Assembly: GCA_043815815.1 (NCBI GenBank)
Contig: JBDRIO010000029.1
Location: 13,650-77,649 of the forward strand
Source of the DNA: Candidatus Eiseniibacteriota bacterium
GTDB taxonomy: Bacteria > Joyebacterota > Joyebacteria > Joyebacterales > Joyebacteraceae
DNA: 64,000 nucleotides
Direction: 5' to 3'
Shown here: piece after piece, positions 36,530 through 45,503 of the stretch
Layout: the number at the start of each line of letters is the position of its first letter
Numbering within the stretch: position 1 is the first letter of the stretch
Position numbers and translations under genes: made by a program
Notes under the pieces: model-generated
Told to the model about the DNA's origin: nothing
Seen by the model: only the letters and a program-made list of their open reading frames with translations
Database searches by the model: none

Positions 36530-36836
36530 TTGACACACTGGGCGGCACTGGCTACACTTTCACTTGAGCGGAGGCAGCCACGTCGGTATGCGTTATGACC
36601 GAAGACTCTGAGAAGGGACCTGGCGCGCGAGCCGGTCCCTCTTTGTTTGTCCGCCGTCATGGGCAGTACCGGAGCAGAAGGACGCACTGGTGATCGGCAG
36701 TGGCGAGACCCGCAGGGGCGGAGTGCCGTCCCGAGGGAGCAGTAGTCGGAAGGCACGGCAGAACCGGCCTCCGACAGTGGCAGTGCCGGCAAGGGCGGAA
36801 CATCCGCTCACCGGCGGAACGAGAGGGGTTGTAGAA
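36530..36836 (+). promoter_or_regulatory. cspA-3 promoter (TTGACA-17-TACACT) plus conserved ~270-nt leader with attenuator-like hairpin (36613-36648)
   Basis: Conserved box GCAGCCACGTCGGTATGCGTTATGACCGAAGACTCTGAGAAGGGACCTGGCGCGCGAGCCGGTCCCTCTTTGTTTG. Confidence 0.6.
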
Positions 36837-37052
36837 GTGAGCACGACCGGAAGAGTGAAGTGGTTCAACGATGCAAAGGGCTTCGGGTTCATCACGCCCG
36901 ACGACGGCTCGAAGGATGTGTTCGTGCACTTCTCCGCCATCCAGAGCGGTGGCGATTTCAAGACGCTCGCTGAGGGCGACCACGTGCAGTTCGAGGTCGT
37001 TCAGGGCGAGAAGGGTCCGGCCGCGGAGAACGTGACCAAGCTCGACGACTAG
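36837..37052 (+). CDS. cspA: Cold-shock protein (CspA family)
   Basis: [74 protein letters not shown] start with GAGAGGGG RBS. The ORF track's 36690 start lies in the leader. Confidence 0.9.
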   Translation: MSTTGRVKWFNDAKGFGFITPDDGSKDVFVHFSAIQSGGDFKTLAEGDHVQFEVVQGEKGPAAENVTKLDD

Positions 37053-37089
37053 CGCCGCTTCCACTCGCGATAAGAAGCGATTGCTGTCA

Positions 37090-37129
37090 GGGGCCACCCC
37101 GGGAAACCGGGGTGGCCCCGTTTCTTTGC
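37090..37129 (+). terminator. Rho-independent terminator after cspA-3
   Basis: Perfect 13-bp stem GGGGCCACCCCGG-gaaa-CCGGGGTGGCCCC followed by GTTTCTTTG. Confidence 0.75.
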
Positions 37130-37155
37130 GCGGGAACACGTGCTATAATTGATTC

Positions 37156-38685
37156 ATGGATGCACAGCTCGGCACGATCCCATCGGCCCGCGCGCTCGCT
37201 GTCCTGGTCGCGCTCGTCGCGCTCATCGCCCCGTCGTACGGGGCGAGAGCCGACATCGTCTCCGGTCCGGGTCGCGGCGCTCGTGGCGCGGATCCCGCGG
37301 CTTCGGCTCTCTCCGGGGCGGGTCCGTCCGGGCCCCGCGCTGCCAGGGTCGTGGGGGCCGATCTCTCGTTCGTCCCTGAGCTCCAGTCGCTCGGCGCCGA
37401 GTTCCGCGTGGGAGGGGAGCCGGTCGATCCTCTCGAGGCCTTCCACGACCACGGCCACCGACTCGTGCGGCTCCGCTTGTGGCACACACCCGACGAGCCC
37501 TGGCAGGGGCTCGACGCCACGGTGGCGCACGCTGTCGCCGCGAAGCTCGCCGGCCACGAGATCATGCTCGACATCCACTACTCGGACACGTGGGCCGACC
37601 CGGCGCATCAGACGAAGCCCGCGGCGTGGCAGTCGCTCGCGTTCCCTGCTCTCGTCGACTCGGTCTACGCGTACACGAACGCGGTGATCAGGCGCTTCCG
37701 TGACGAGGGCGTTGTTCCTTCGTACGTCCAGATCGGCAACGAGATCAGCAGCGGACTCCTGTGGAGTGACGGACGAGTGGGCGGCGCGTGGGACACTCCC
37801 GGGCAGTGGGACAAGCTCGGGACGCTTCTGTCGACGGGTGCCGCCGCGGTCCGGGACAGCCTCGACCCGTCGGAACGCCCGCTCATCGTCATCCACGTCG
37901 ACAACGGCGGCAGCAACGGTCTCTGTCGCTGGTTCTTCGACAACGTGGTGGCGGAGGGAGTCGACTTCGACATCATCGCGGTTTCGTTCTACCCGTGGTG
38001 GCACGGGACGCTCCCGGAACTCGAGTACAACCTGCACGACCTCGCGGCGACCTACGGGAAGGGCCTCATGGTCGTCGAGACGGCCTACCCGTGGACGCTC
38101 GACTGGTACGACGGCGTCCACAACTTCGTGGGTTCCGCAGACCAGCTCCACCCGGGCTATCCGGCGTCGCCGGAAGGCCAGCTGGCGTTCCTCGAGGATC
38201 TTCTCGATGTCGTCGAGGGCGTTCCGGGAGATCTCGGATTGGGCGTGATCTACTGGGAGCCCGGTTTCCTCTCGGTGCCTGGAGGCCCCGGCAACCCCTA
38301 CGAGAACCTGACGCTCTTCGACTTCGACGGCGATGCGTTGCCCGGCCTCTCGTACGCGCTGTTCTGGGGCACCGACGTGCCGGGCGGCGACGACGGCCAC
38401 GGCCTGGCGCCTCTGCTCTCTCCCGGCGTTCCGAACCCGTTCGCGTTCTCGACGAGTCTGGCGTTCACTGTCCCGTCGGGCGGAGCCGAAGTGGACGTCG
38501 GAGTGTACGACGTCTCCGGGAGGCAGGTGGCGAGTCTGGCGAGCGGCCATCGTGCAGAGGGAGTGCACCGGCTTGCGTGGTCGGGAAGGGCAGACGGCGG
38601 AAGCGATTTGTCCACCGGGGTCTACTTCTGCAGAGCGGAGGTCGGCGGCCGTTCGGAGATGACGAAACTCGTGCTCATCAGGTAG
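37156..38685 (+). CDS. Secreted GH53 endo-beta-1,4-galactanase (arabinogalactanase) with T9SS-type C-terminal domain
   Basis: Signal peptide; GH53 blocks GADLSFVPELQSLG, YVQIGNEISSG, IYWEPGF. CTD VPNPFAFSTSLAFTVPSGGAEVDVGVYDVSGRQVASL...VYFCRAEVGGRSEMTKLVLIR. Confidence 0.85.
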   Translation: MDAQLGTIPSARALAVLVALVALIAPSYGARADIVSGPGRGARGADPAASALSGAGPSGPRAARVVGADLSFVPELQSLGAEFRVGGEPVDPLEAFHDHGHRLVRLRLWHTPDEPWQGLDATVAHAVAAKLAGHEIMLDIHYSDTWADPAHQTKPAAWQSLAFPALVDSVYAYTNAVIRRFRDEGVVPSYVQIGNEISSGLLWSDGRVGGAWDTPGQWDKLGTLLSTGAAAVRDSLDPSERPLIVIHVDNGGSNGLCRWFFDNVVAEGVDFDIIAVSFYPWWHGTLPELEYNLHDLAATYGKGLMVVETAYPWTLDWYDGVHNFVGSADQLHPGYPASPEGQLAFLEDLLDVVEGVPGDLGLGVIYWEPGFLSVPGGPGNPYENLTLFDFDGDALPGLSYALFWGTDVPGGDDGHGLAPLLSPGVPNPFAFSTSLAFTVPSGGAEVDVGVYDVSGRQVASLASGHRAEGVHRLAWSGRADGGSDLSTGVYFCRAEVGGRSEMTKLVLIR

Positions 38686-38706
38686 CGCGGGGACGCCAAG
38701 GGTGCG

Positions 38707-40096
38707 CTATCGAAGAAGGACCAGCTTGGCGGTGGAGTGGAGCCCGCCCAGCGCGAGTCTCGCGAAGTACACGCCGGACGCCACGCGGCTTCCGGCGTCG
38801 CTGCGTCCGTCCCACGCGAAGAGGGCCGGGCCGGCGGAGAGACGCCCGCTGGCGAGCGCTGCGACCTGGCGACCTCGGGCGTCGTAGACCAGAAGGTCCA
38901 CCTGCGAGCCTCCAGGAGGGACGACGAACGTGAAGGTCGTCCACTCGTGAAGCGGATTCGGCGCGGCACCGAGCGCGAGCGTCCCGGAGTCCTCCGGGAT
39001 CCCGGAAGAGCTTCCGCAGAGACACCCGATGCCCCACGCCCCGATGTCTCCACCGCCCTGGCCGGCTCCAAGGCACGGCGAGCAGTCCTCGAGCGTCAGC
39101 ACGCCCTCGGTCGACGCGCAGAGGAGCGGGTCCTCGAAGATGTTGTCGCTCGCGTTGCCGCACGGCTCGTCGCCGCCCTCGTTCCCGTACACGCAGCAGT
39201 GGTCGATCGTGAAGACGCTCGTACCGGGGCAGTAGAACGCGGTTCCCTCGGTCGAATGCGCGACGATGCAGTTCGTGAAGGTGGGCGTCGCGTCGAAGCC
39301 GTACGCCGCGCCGCCCTGTGATGCCGCGTTGTACGCGAGAGTGCAGTTCCTGAAGACCGGCGACGAGTAGCAGAAGTAGACGCCGCCGCCGTATGTCGGC
39401 GCGGTGTTGCCCGCGAAGGTGCACCGCGTGATCGTGCCGCCGTTGTAGAGGATCCTGAGGCCGCCCCCGCCGTTCGTGGCGACGTTGTCAACGAAGCTGG
39501 TTCCCCTCACGGTCGACACCGAGTTCCTGGCGAACATGCCCGCCCCGTCGTCCGCGGTGTTGTCCCTGAAGAGACAGTCCTGGACGACGACCTGCGACTG
39601 CTCCACGTAGACGGCACCACCCAGCCCGCCGCTCCCGGCGGTGCCGGCCGCGTTCCAGACGAACCGACACTCCGCGAGCTTGGGCGAGGACCCGTAGCAG
39701 TAGACGGCTCCGCCCGACGTGCCGTCGTATCCGTACGCGATCGTGAATCCGCGCACGACGGACGTCGTGTCCTCGCCTGACGTGAAGGAGAACGCGCGTG
39801 CGGCTCCCTGGCAGTCTATCGCGGTCGAGGCGGCGCCGCCCTCCGAGAGCAGCGTCACGCCCTTGCCGGCGAAGTCCAGATTGGTGTTCGGTCCGCCCGA
39901 ATACGTGCCTGCCGCGACGAGGACCGTGTCGCCGGGGGCGGCCGCGGTGAGCGCGGCCTGGATCGACGCGTGATCGCCGGCGGGCCCGACGGTGAGCGTC
40001 GCGGCGTTCAGGGTGGCGCAGGCGAGCGTGAGAGCGGCAGCCGTTGACGGGACGAGCGCGAGCCAGCCCCGCGTGCGCAAGCGGCAGGCCTTCAAT
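38707..40096 (-). CDS. Secreted right-handed parallel beta-helix repeat protein (pectate-lyase-like fold) with T9SS-type C-terminal domain
   Basis: Repeated NxxAxxGGG beta-helix rungs. CTD APNPLHEWTTFTFVVPPGGSQVDLLVYDARGRQVAAL...VYFARLALGGLHSTAKLVLLR. Probable TTG start at ~40096 preceded by GGAGG (signal LKACRLRTRGWLALVPSTAAALTLACA). The ORF track's 40554 start is upstream non-coding. Confidence 0.6.
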
Positions 40097-40389
40097 GCGG
40101 CCTCCTGTCCGTGACGGCGGGAGCGGCCTCCAGGGGGCCGCTTCTCACTCAGGATACCCCCGTTTCTTCGATGCGTCAAGAAGTCACAGAGAGGGGTGTA
40201 CACGCAGTTGGCATTCTGTGAGTTCACGGCGCGTTCTCTGTGCGTCCTCATTACCGGCTGCGCGTTCCGCGTTCCGGGGCATCTTGAAGAGGGCAAGAGA
40301 CTTGCGGTGCTGAGCACATAGCCGGCTAGCGTCTCTGGCACGCCAAATGCATTGGACGGGTCCAGTTGCGCTGTGATCTGGAGGTGGAC

Positions 40390-40966
40390 CGTGAACCGGA
40401 CCGCGATCATAGCGACCTCGGTAGCACTCCTCTTCGCCACCTGTGGACATGCCGCCCGCGAGGGCGGCATAGCGGGGGACCTGAGCCCCGGCGTCCGCGC
40501 CAGCTTCAAGCACAGGATCATAGTCGAACAGGAAACGTGGCCCTCGTCTCTCATGGAGACTCGCGAGGGCCGCGTCGCTTTGGAGCTCGAGGCGCGGGGA
40601 GGGTTCCGTCTTCACGTCCGCGTGCGCGAGAACCCGGGCGACTATGTGGTCTGCATCGTCTACGTCGAGGGCGGAGGGAGGGTCGTGCTCGACGAGGCCT
40701 CGAGCTTCATCTTCCACTACGAAGACCGCTCGGTCGAGAGCACCGAGATCCTGCTGACCGATTCCATCGAAGAGCGGAGCGTGTGGAGCACGAGCGATAG
40801 CGCGGTCGTTCTGAGGGACGACTCCAGCATGTACGCGAAGGTACGAAGCGGCGGTTATCTGACTATTGTTCGTTTTCCCAGGGGCTCGCTTCCGGGAGGC
40901 GGAGGCTGGGTCCCCGGCTCGTTCGAGCTGAGAGGAGGTGAATGCGATGCGTACGCTCAAGGGTAG
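40390..40966 (+). CDS. Hypothetical lipoprotein
   Basis: VNRTAIIATSVALLFATCGHAA lipobox signal. No recognisable domain. ORF track start 40352. Confidence 0.4.
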
Positions 40967-41102
40967 GCTTCTTCTCGTCGTGGGGCTGATCATGACGTCG
41001 CCTGTGGCGGCGCTGGCCGGTGATCCTGACACCCAGGAGACAGCATGGGACTGGCTGGTCCGTTTCCTGAGCTGGGCGGCAGGAGGGTGGCACATCTTCT
41101 AG
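40947..41102 (+). CDS. Small secreted/membrane peptide (51 aa), not in ORF track
   Basis: AGGAGG 9 nt upstream of the ATG. MRTLKGRLLLVVGLIMTSPVAALAGDPDTQETAWDWLVRFLSWAAGGWHIF. Followed by the strong terminator at 41203-41240. Confidence 0.3.
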   Translation: MRTLKGRLLLVVGLIMTSPVAALAGDPDTQETAWDWLVRFLSWAAGGWHIF

Positions 41103-41202
41103 CGGAGGACCGAAAGGAGCCCACAGCTAACGAATCGCCGGGCCGGCAGGCCCCAGGCAGGGCCTGAGAGAGAGCCTGGCAGACAGGCGTACAGCCATAT
41201 GA

Positions 41203-41240
41203 GCACGAGGCCACACCCGACGTGGCCCCGTGCTTTTTTC
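41203..41240 (+). terminator. Rho-independent terminator
   Basis: GCACGAGGCCAC-acccgac-GTGGCCCCGTGC followed by a TTTTTT tract. Confidence 0.7.
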
Positions 41241-41438
41241 ACGCCCGGGACAACTAGTTCTGCAACGTGACTGCCCTCTGGCCCGGGTCTTGCTTTATGC
41301 CTGCCTTCAATAGGCTGGTTGCGCCAGCAGGGGAGGGGGGCCCCGGGATCCATCTGGAGGGGACCGCCTCCTTTGGTCATACACAGGCCGCCCGCGCTGC
41401 GCGACTCGTTCCGACTCGACTCACAAGGGAGGTAGGAC

Positions 41439-42029
41439 ATGCACCGCTTCATCGCGTTCGTTCTCAGTTGTCTCATCATGTTGGGCGTCTTCGCCGCCGC
41501 GGCGCCGGCGGCCACGACTGCTACCTGGGCGCCGAACATGAAGGCGGGTGGGATGCTGGCCCCCCAGTCGTCCGCCGGTCCGAGCGACCTTGCACAGGAG
41601 CAGGGCGTGAGTCGAACGGCGACGCGCGGTCTCGCGTTCCTGAGGTCGTCGGCGTATCCGACCTGGCTCGTGGACGTCATGCGCGAGCTCATCCCGTGGC
41701 GGCTGGGCGGAAGCGCCACGCACTCGGCGGCCGTCGCCGAACGCCCGATCACGTGGGTCTCGAGAGACGGCGGAACCTCGAACCGCGTTGGCGGCTCGGC
41801 CGCGAACACCGACGGTTCGACGTCGGTCGACGACTACTCCGATCTCTGGACGGGTTCGAAGGCGGCGGAACCGCGAGGCGGGGAACTCGAGCTGGCATAC
41901 CCGGCAACAGGTACGGACGACGTGGCCGTCGCGTACGGCGGACGCTTCAGGGAGTACGATCGCGGGGACCTTCCGCTTCAGGAGCCGCACGACGACCGGG
42001 CCGACGACAGGTATCACGACGGCCGCTAG
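41439..42029 (+). CDS. Secreted hypothetical protein
   Basis: AAGGGAGG RBS; signal MHRFIAFVLSCLIMLGVFAAAAPAA. No identifiable domain. Confidence 0.45.
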   Translation: MHRFIAFVLSCLIMLGVFAAAAPAATTATWAPNMKAGGMLAPQSSAGPSDLAQEQGVSRTATRGLAFLRSSAYPTWLVDVMRELIPWRLGGSATHSAAVAERPITWVSRDGGTSNRVGGSAANTDGSTSVDDYSDLWTGSKAAEPRGGELELAYPATGTDDVAVAYGGRFREYDRGDLPLQEPHDDRADDRYHDGR

Positions 42030-42060
42030 CGCCGCGGAGCGGGGCGCGCGACGCGGAATC

Positions 42061-42110
42061 GATGAAAGAGAACCCGGGGCCGGCGGTCGGCCCCGGGTTC
42101 GCCTCGTTGC
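42061..42110. terminator. Bidirectional terminator between convergent genes
   Basis: Perfect 12-bp stem AACCCGGGGCCG-gcggt-CGGCCCCGGGTT; T-rich on the minus-strand side. Confidence 0.55.
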
Positions 42111-42129
42111 AGCGTGATCCCGGGTGCTT

Positions 42130-42891
42130 CTAGACAGCCGCGCGTCCGGTGTCGCCCGTTCTCACGGTCACGCTGCCGATGCCGGCGTCGACGCGTATCC
42201 TGATGTTGACCTCGGCGTCTCCGTACTCGGGGCTGACGTAGCGACCGTTGCGCTTGGTGAGCCCCGGGGCCGTGAACGAGCCCAGCCCCATGTCGGCGTC
42301 GACCTCTACGCCAACGCCTTCCGGAAGCGTCAGGACGATCTCGCCGATGCCTCCGTCTACATTGAGATCGGCGTCCCGTTCGACATCGGAGCCGAGATCG
42401 ATCTCGATGCTGCCGACGCCCTGGTCGACGTCGAGCCTCTCGATCGAGATGCCCTCGAGGTCCATCCGGACATCTCCCACAGCGGAGTCGAGGTAGATGC
42501 TCATGGGGACGCCTGCCGCGAGGCGGACGTCCCACCTGTTCTTCGCGCCGTTGGGGACGTTCTTGGAGTTGAGGTCGGGCTGTCGTATGGTCAGGACGCC
42601 CCTCGTGCCCGATTCCTTGTATTCGACGGTGGGCTTCCACTCCGCGATGTTGTACGTGAAATCGGCCTCCATGAGACCGGAGGCGCCTCCCCGTACTTCG
42701 AAATCTCCTATGCTCGTGTCCAGGAAGACCTCGACCGTCTCGGCCTCTCCGAGCTCAACGGCCCTGCTCTCGGTGACCAGGTCTGTCAGATCGACGCTCC
42801 CTCCCGGCACCATGCAGCCGCTCGAGACTAGCAGTGCCGAGGCGGCCAGAGTGACGAGCGTCCCGTTTGCCAGTGTCCGGTTCAAAGGCAT
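42130..42891 (-). CDS. DUF4097 / toast-rack (LiaG/YvlB-like putative adhesin) lipoprotein
   Basis: Lipobox LVSSGC after MPLNRTLANGTLVTLAASA. Repeated beta-strand units VDxGxGxIxL (VDQGVGSIEI, VDGGIGEIVL, VDAGIGSVTV). The ORF track's 43350 start is in the upstream region. Confidence 0.55.
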   Translation of the reverse strand: MPLNRTLANGTLVTLAASALLVSSGCMVPGGSVDLTDLVTESRAVELGEAETVEVFLDTSIGDFEVRGGASGLMEADFTYNIAEWKPTVEYKESGTRGVLTIRQPDLNSKNVPNGAKNRWDVRLAAGVPMSIYLDSAVGDVRMDLEGISIERLDVDQGVGSIEIDLGSDVERDADLNVDGGIGEIVLTLPEGVGVEVDADMGLGSFTAPGLTKRNGRYVSPEYGDAEVNIRIRVDAGIGSVTVRTGDTGRAAV

Positions 42892-43159
42892 ACCTCCATA
42901 CCAGCGGGTCAGCGGACCTTGTTGTCCTGTGTTCCGTCCTCCTCTGTTGGTCTTAGACACCCGGCGCGGCCCCGGCGTTTCATCGCTGGAACTCGCGCCC
43001 TTTCCTTGACGATTCGTGACCCATTGCTCTACAATCGTCTTGGGGAGTACCGTGGCGCCGGTGGTTGACACCTGTTCAGGTCTGTTTCCGCCGATGCCGC
43101 GAGAGTCCCCGCTTGCTTGCATGGAGCCGTCCTGCCCGCCATCGCGCCGGAGAACCGAC

Positions 43160-43471
43160 ATGGCCGACAAGGTCCGCAGCACTCCCCGAAGCGCCTCGCC
43201 GAAGTATTGGAGGAAGCCGCTCGACGCCGACAAGATCAAGGTGCCGCACGGCGAACTCCACATACTGGTCGAACGCTGCAAGGGGTGCCAGTTCTGTGTC
43301 GAGTACTGCCCGAGGGACGTCCTCGACATGTCAGAGGACTTCAACCACAAGGGTTATCATTACCCCATCGCCGGGAACGAGAACGGCTGCGTGAACTGCC
43401 GGCTGTGCGAAATGCTCTGCCCGGAGTTCGCCATCTTTTGCCTCGAGGTGGAGGAGGAGGGTAGCGGATGA
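43160..43471 (+). CDS. korD: 2-oxoacid:ferredoxin oxidoreductase delta subunit (2x[4Fe-4S] ferredoxin)
   Basis: CKGCQFCVEYCP and CVNCRLCEMLCP motifs. Stop overlaps the alpha-subunit start (ATGA). Confidence 0.8.
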   Translation: MADKVRSTPRSASPKYWRKPLDADKIKVPHGELHILVERCKGCQFCVEYCPRDVLDMSEDFNHKGYHYPIAGNENGCVNCRLCEMLCPEFAIFCLEVEEEGSG

Positions 43472-44628
43472 GGACGGCTGATCCCAGGGGGGTCTTGACG
43501 GGCGAGCACTACCTCGACGGCGACCACGCGGCGGCGGAAGGCGCGCTCGCCGCCGGCTGTCGCTTCTTCGCAGGCTACCCCATCACACCTTCCACTGAAG
43601 TCGCAGAGAGGATCGCGGCCAGGTTCCCCCGAGTAGGGGGACTTTTCGTGCAGATGGAGGACGAGCTGGCTTCGATGGCGGCGATCCTGGGCGGCGCCTG
43701 GGCCGGCGCCAAGTCGATGACGGTGACGTCGGGTCCGGGGTTCTCGCTCATGATGGAGAACCTGGGGCTGGGGATCATGATGGAGGTCCCGACGGTGATC
43801 GTTAACGTGCAGCGCGGCGGTCCGTCGACCGGTCTTCCGACGCTTCCAGGGCAGGCGGACATGATGCAAGCGCGGTGGGGTTCGCACGGCGACTACGAGA
43901 TCATCGCCGTCTCTCCAAGTTCGCCGCAGGAGGCGTTCGACCACACGATCATGGCGTTCAACTTCGCCGAGAAGTACCGCGTTCCCACGCTCGTAATGAT
44001 GGACGAGTGCGTGGGACACATGACCGAGAAGGTCGTCATCCCCGAGGCGGAGGACATCGAGATCGTCCCCCGCAAGTGGTACGAGGGGAAGAAGGGCGAT
44101 TACCTGCCGTACAAGGCCGACGACGACATGATCCCCTGGATGGTGAAGGCCGGGGACGGGCACAGGTTCCACACGACCGGACTCACGCACGACGAGAGGG
44201 GTTATCCGGTCATGACCGCCGAGTGCCAGGAGGAGTGCGTCGGTCGACTCGTCAACAAGATCCGATCGAGGGTCGACGAGATCGTCGTCCTCGAGGAAGA
44301 GGGGATCGACGGCGCCGACGTGGTCGTCGTGTCGTACGGCATCACGGCCCGGGTCTCGATACCCGCGGTCGAGAAGGCCAGGGCGGACGGCGTCAAGGTG
44401 GGGAGCCTCCGGCTCGTGACGGTGTGGCCGTTCCCGGAGAACCGCATCCGCGAGCTCGCCGGGAAGGTGAAGTCCTTCGTGATCCCGGAGATCAACTACG
44501 GCCAGATCTACTACGAGCTCGAGCGCTGCGCCGGCGGGAAGGCAAGGACCATCCTCGTACCGCACGGCGGCGGGTGGGTGCACGACGAGAAAGACATCTA
44601 CGACGCCATCAAGGAGGGGGCGAAATGA
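43468..44628 (+). CDS. korA: 2-oxoacid:ferredoxin oxidoreductase alpha subunit
   Basis: POR/KOR alpha N-terminal domain: GAxxAGCRFFAGYPITPSTEV, MEDELASMAAILGGAWAG, GPGFSLMMENLG. Confidence 0.9.
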   Translation: MRTADPRGVLTGEHYLDGDHAAAEGALAAGCRFFAGYPITPSTEVAERIAARFPRVGGLFVQMEDELASMAAILGGAWAGAKSMTVTSGPGFSLMMENLGLGIMMEVPTVIVNVQRGGPSTGLPTLPGQADMMQARWGSHGDYEIIAVSPSSPQEAFDHTIMAFNFAEKYRVPTLVMMDECVGHMTEKVVIPEAEDIEIVPRKWYEGKKGDYLPYKADDDMIPWMVKAGDGHRFHTTGLTHDERGYPVMTAECQEECVGRLVNKIRSRVDEIVVLEEEGIDGADVVVVSYGITARVSIPAVEKARADGVKVGSLRLVTVWPFPENRIRELAGKVKSFVIPEINYGQIYYELERCAGGKARTILVPHGGGWVHDEKDIYDAIKEGAK

Positions 44629-45503
44629 AAACCAGGACCCCTGTCGCTCCCGGCCCGCCGCACCCGATGGAAGAACTGCTGCGGATGGACCGCATCCCGC
44701 ACATCTGGTGTCCGACCTGCGGGCTGGGCACGGTCGTCACGGCGTTCGCGGCGGCCTTGGAGAAGCTCGAGATGTCGCTCGATGACGTCGTCGTCGTGTC
44801 CGGCATCGGTTGCACCGGCCGCGTCGCGGGGTACGTCAAGATCGATTCATTCCACACGACCCACGGTCGCGCGATACCCTTCGCGACAGGTATTCATCTC
44901 ACCAACCCGAAGCTCAAGGTCGTCGTCATAAGCGGCGACGGGGACCTCATCTCCATCGGAGGGAACCACTTCATTCACGCGGCGCGCAGGAACGTCGACA
45001 TCACCGTCATATGCGTCAACAACTTCATCTACGCGATGACGGGAGGGCAGGTTGCGCCCACGACGCCGCTGACGGCGAACGCCTCCACGATGCCGTACGG
45101 GAACTTCGAGCGTCCCTTCAACATCCCGTATCTCGCTGAGTCATCGGGCGCGGTCTACGTGGCACGGTGGTCGGCCCTTCACGTGCGGCGACTCACGGCC
45201 GCGATGGCCGAGGCCGTGCAGAAGCCCGGCTTCTCTGTCGTCGAGGTGATCAGTCCCTGCTCCACGCTGTACTCCCGGCGCAACAGACTTGGGACAGGCC
45301 TGGACCTCATGAGGTTCTATCACGACAATTGCGTCATCAAGCACGGCGCCGACACGCGCGGCCTGGACATCGGCTTCCAGGAGGAGATCACCGTCGGCAA
45401 GTTCGTTGATATCGAGCGTCCGACGTACGTGGACGCGATGAACACGTGGTACGGAGAGGTCTTCGGGGACGACTACGAACTCTACGAGGGGTCGGCCAAG
45501 TGA
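44625..45503 (+). CDS. korB: 2-oxoacid:ferredoxin oxidoreductase beta subunit (TPP-binding)
   Basis: WCPTCGLGT, SGIGCTGR, GDGDLISIGGNHFIHAARRNVDITVICVNNFIYAMTGGQ TPP-binding fold. Confidence 0.9.
   Translation: MKTRTPVAPGPPHPMEELLRMDRIPHIWCPTCGLGTVVTAFAAALEKLEMSLDDVVVVSGIGCTGRVAGYVKIDSFHTTHGRAIPFATGIHLTNPKLKVVVISGDGDLISIGGNHFIHAARRNVDITVICVNNFIYAMTGGQVAPTTPLTANASTMPYGNFERPFNIPYLAESSGAVYVARWSALHVRRLTAAMAEAVQKPGFSVVEVISPCSTLYSRRNRLGTGLDLMRFYHDNCVIKHGADTRGLDIGFQEEITVGKFVDIERPTYVDAMNTWYGEVFGDDYELYEGSAK

Noticed and set aside
36690-36836. N-terminal extension of the third cold-shock protein (ORF-track start 36690)
   Set aside because: The extension lies in the conserved csp leader RNA. The other two paralogs start at the homologous GTG directly before STTG(T/R)VKWFND, and an RBS precedes the GTG at 36837.
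40097-40554. Upstream part of the 615-aa ORF for the beta-helix protein, and the 43350 start for the DUF4097 lipoprotein, 58928 start for hdrB, 60402 start for yigZ, 25828 start for mttB
   Set aside because: In each case a signal peptide or family-typical N-terminus with a good RBS begins at an internal start. The upstream extension either overlaps a neighbouring gene or is low-complexity.
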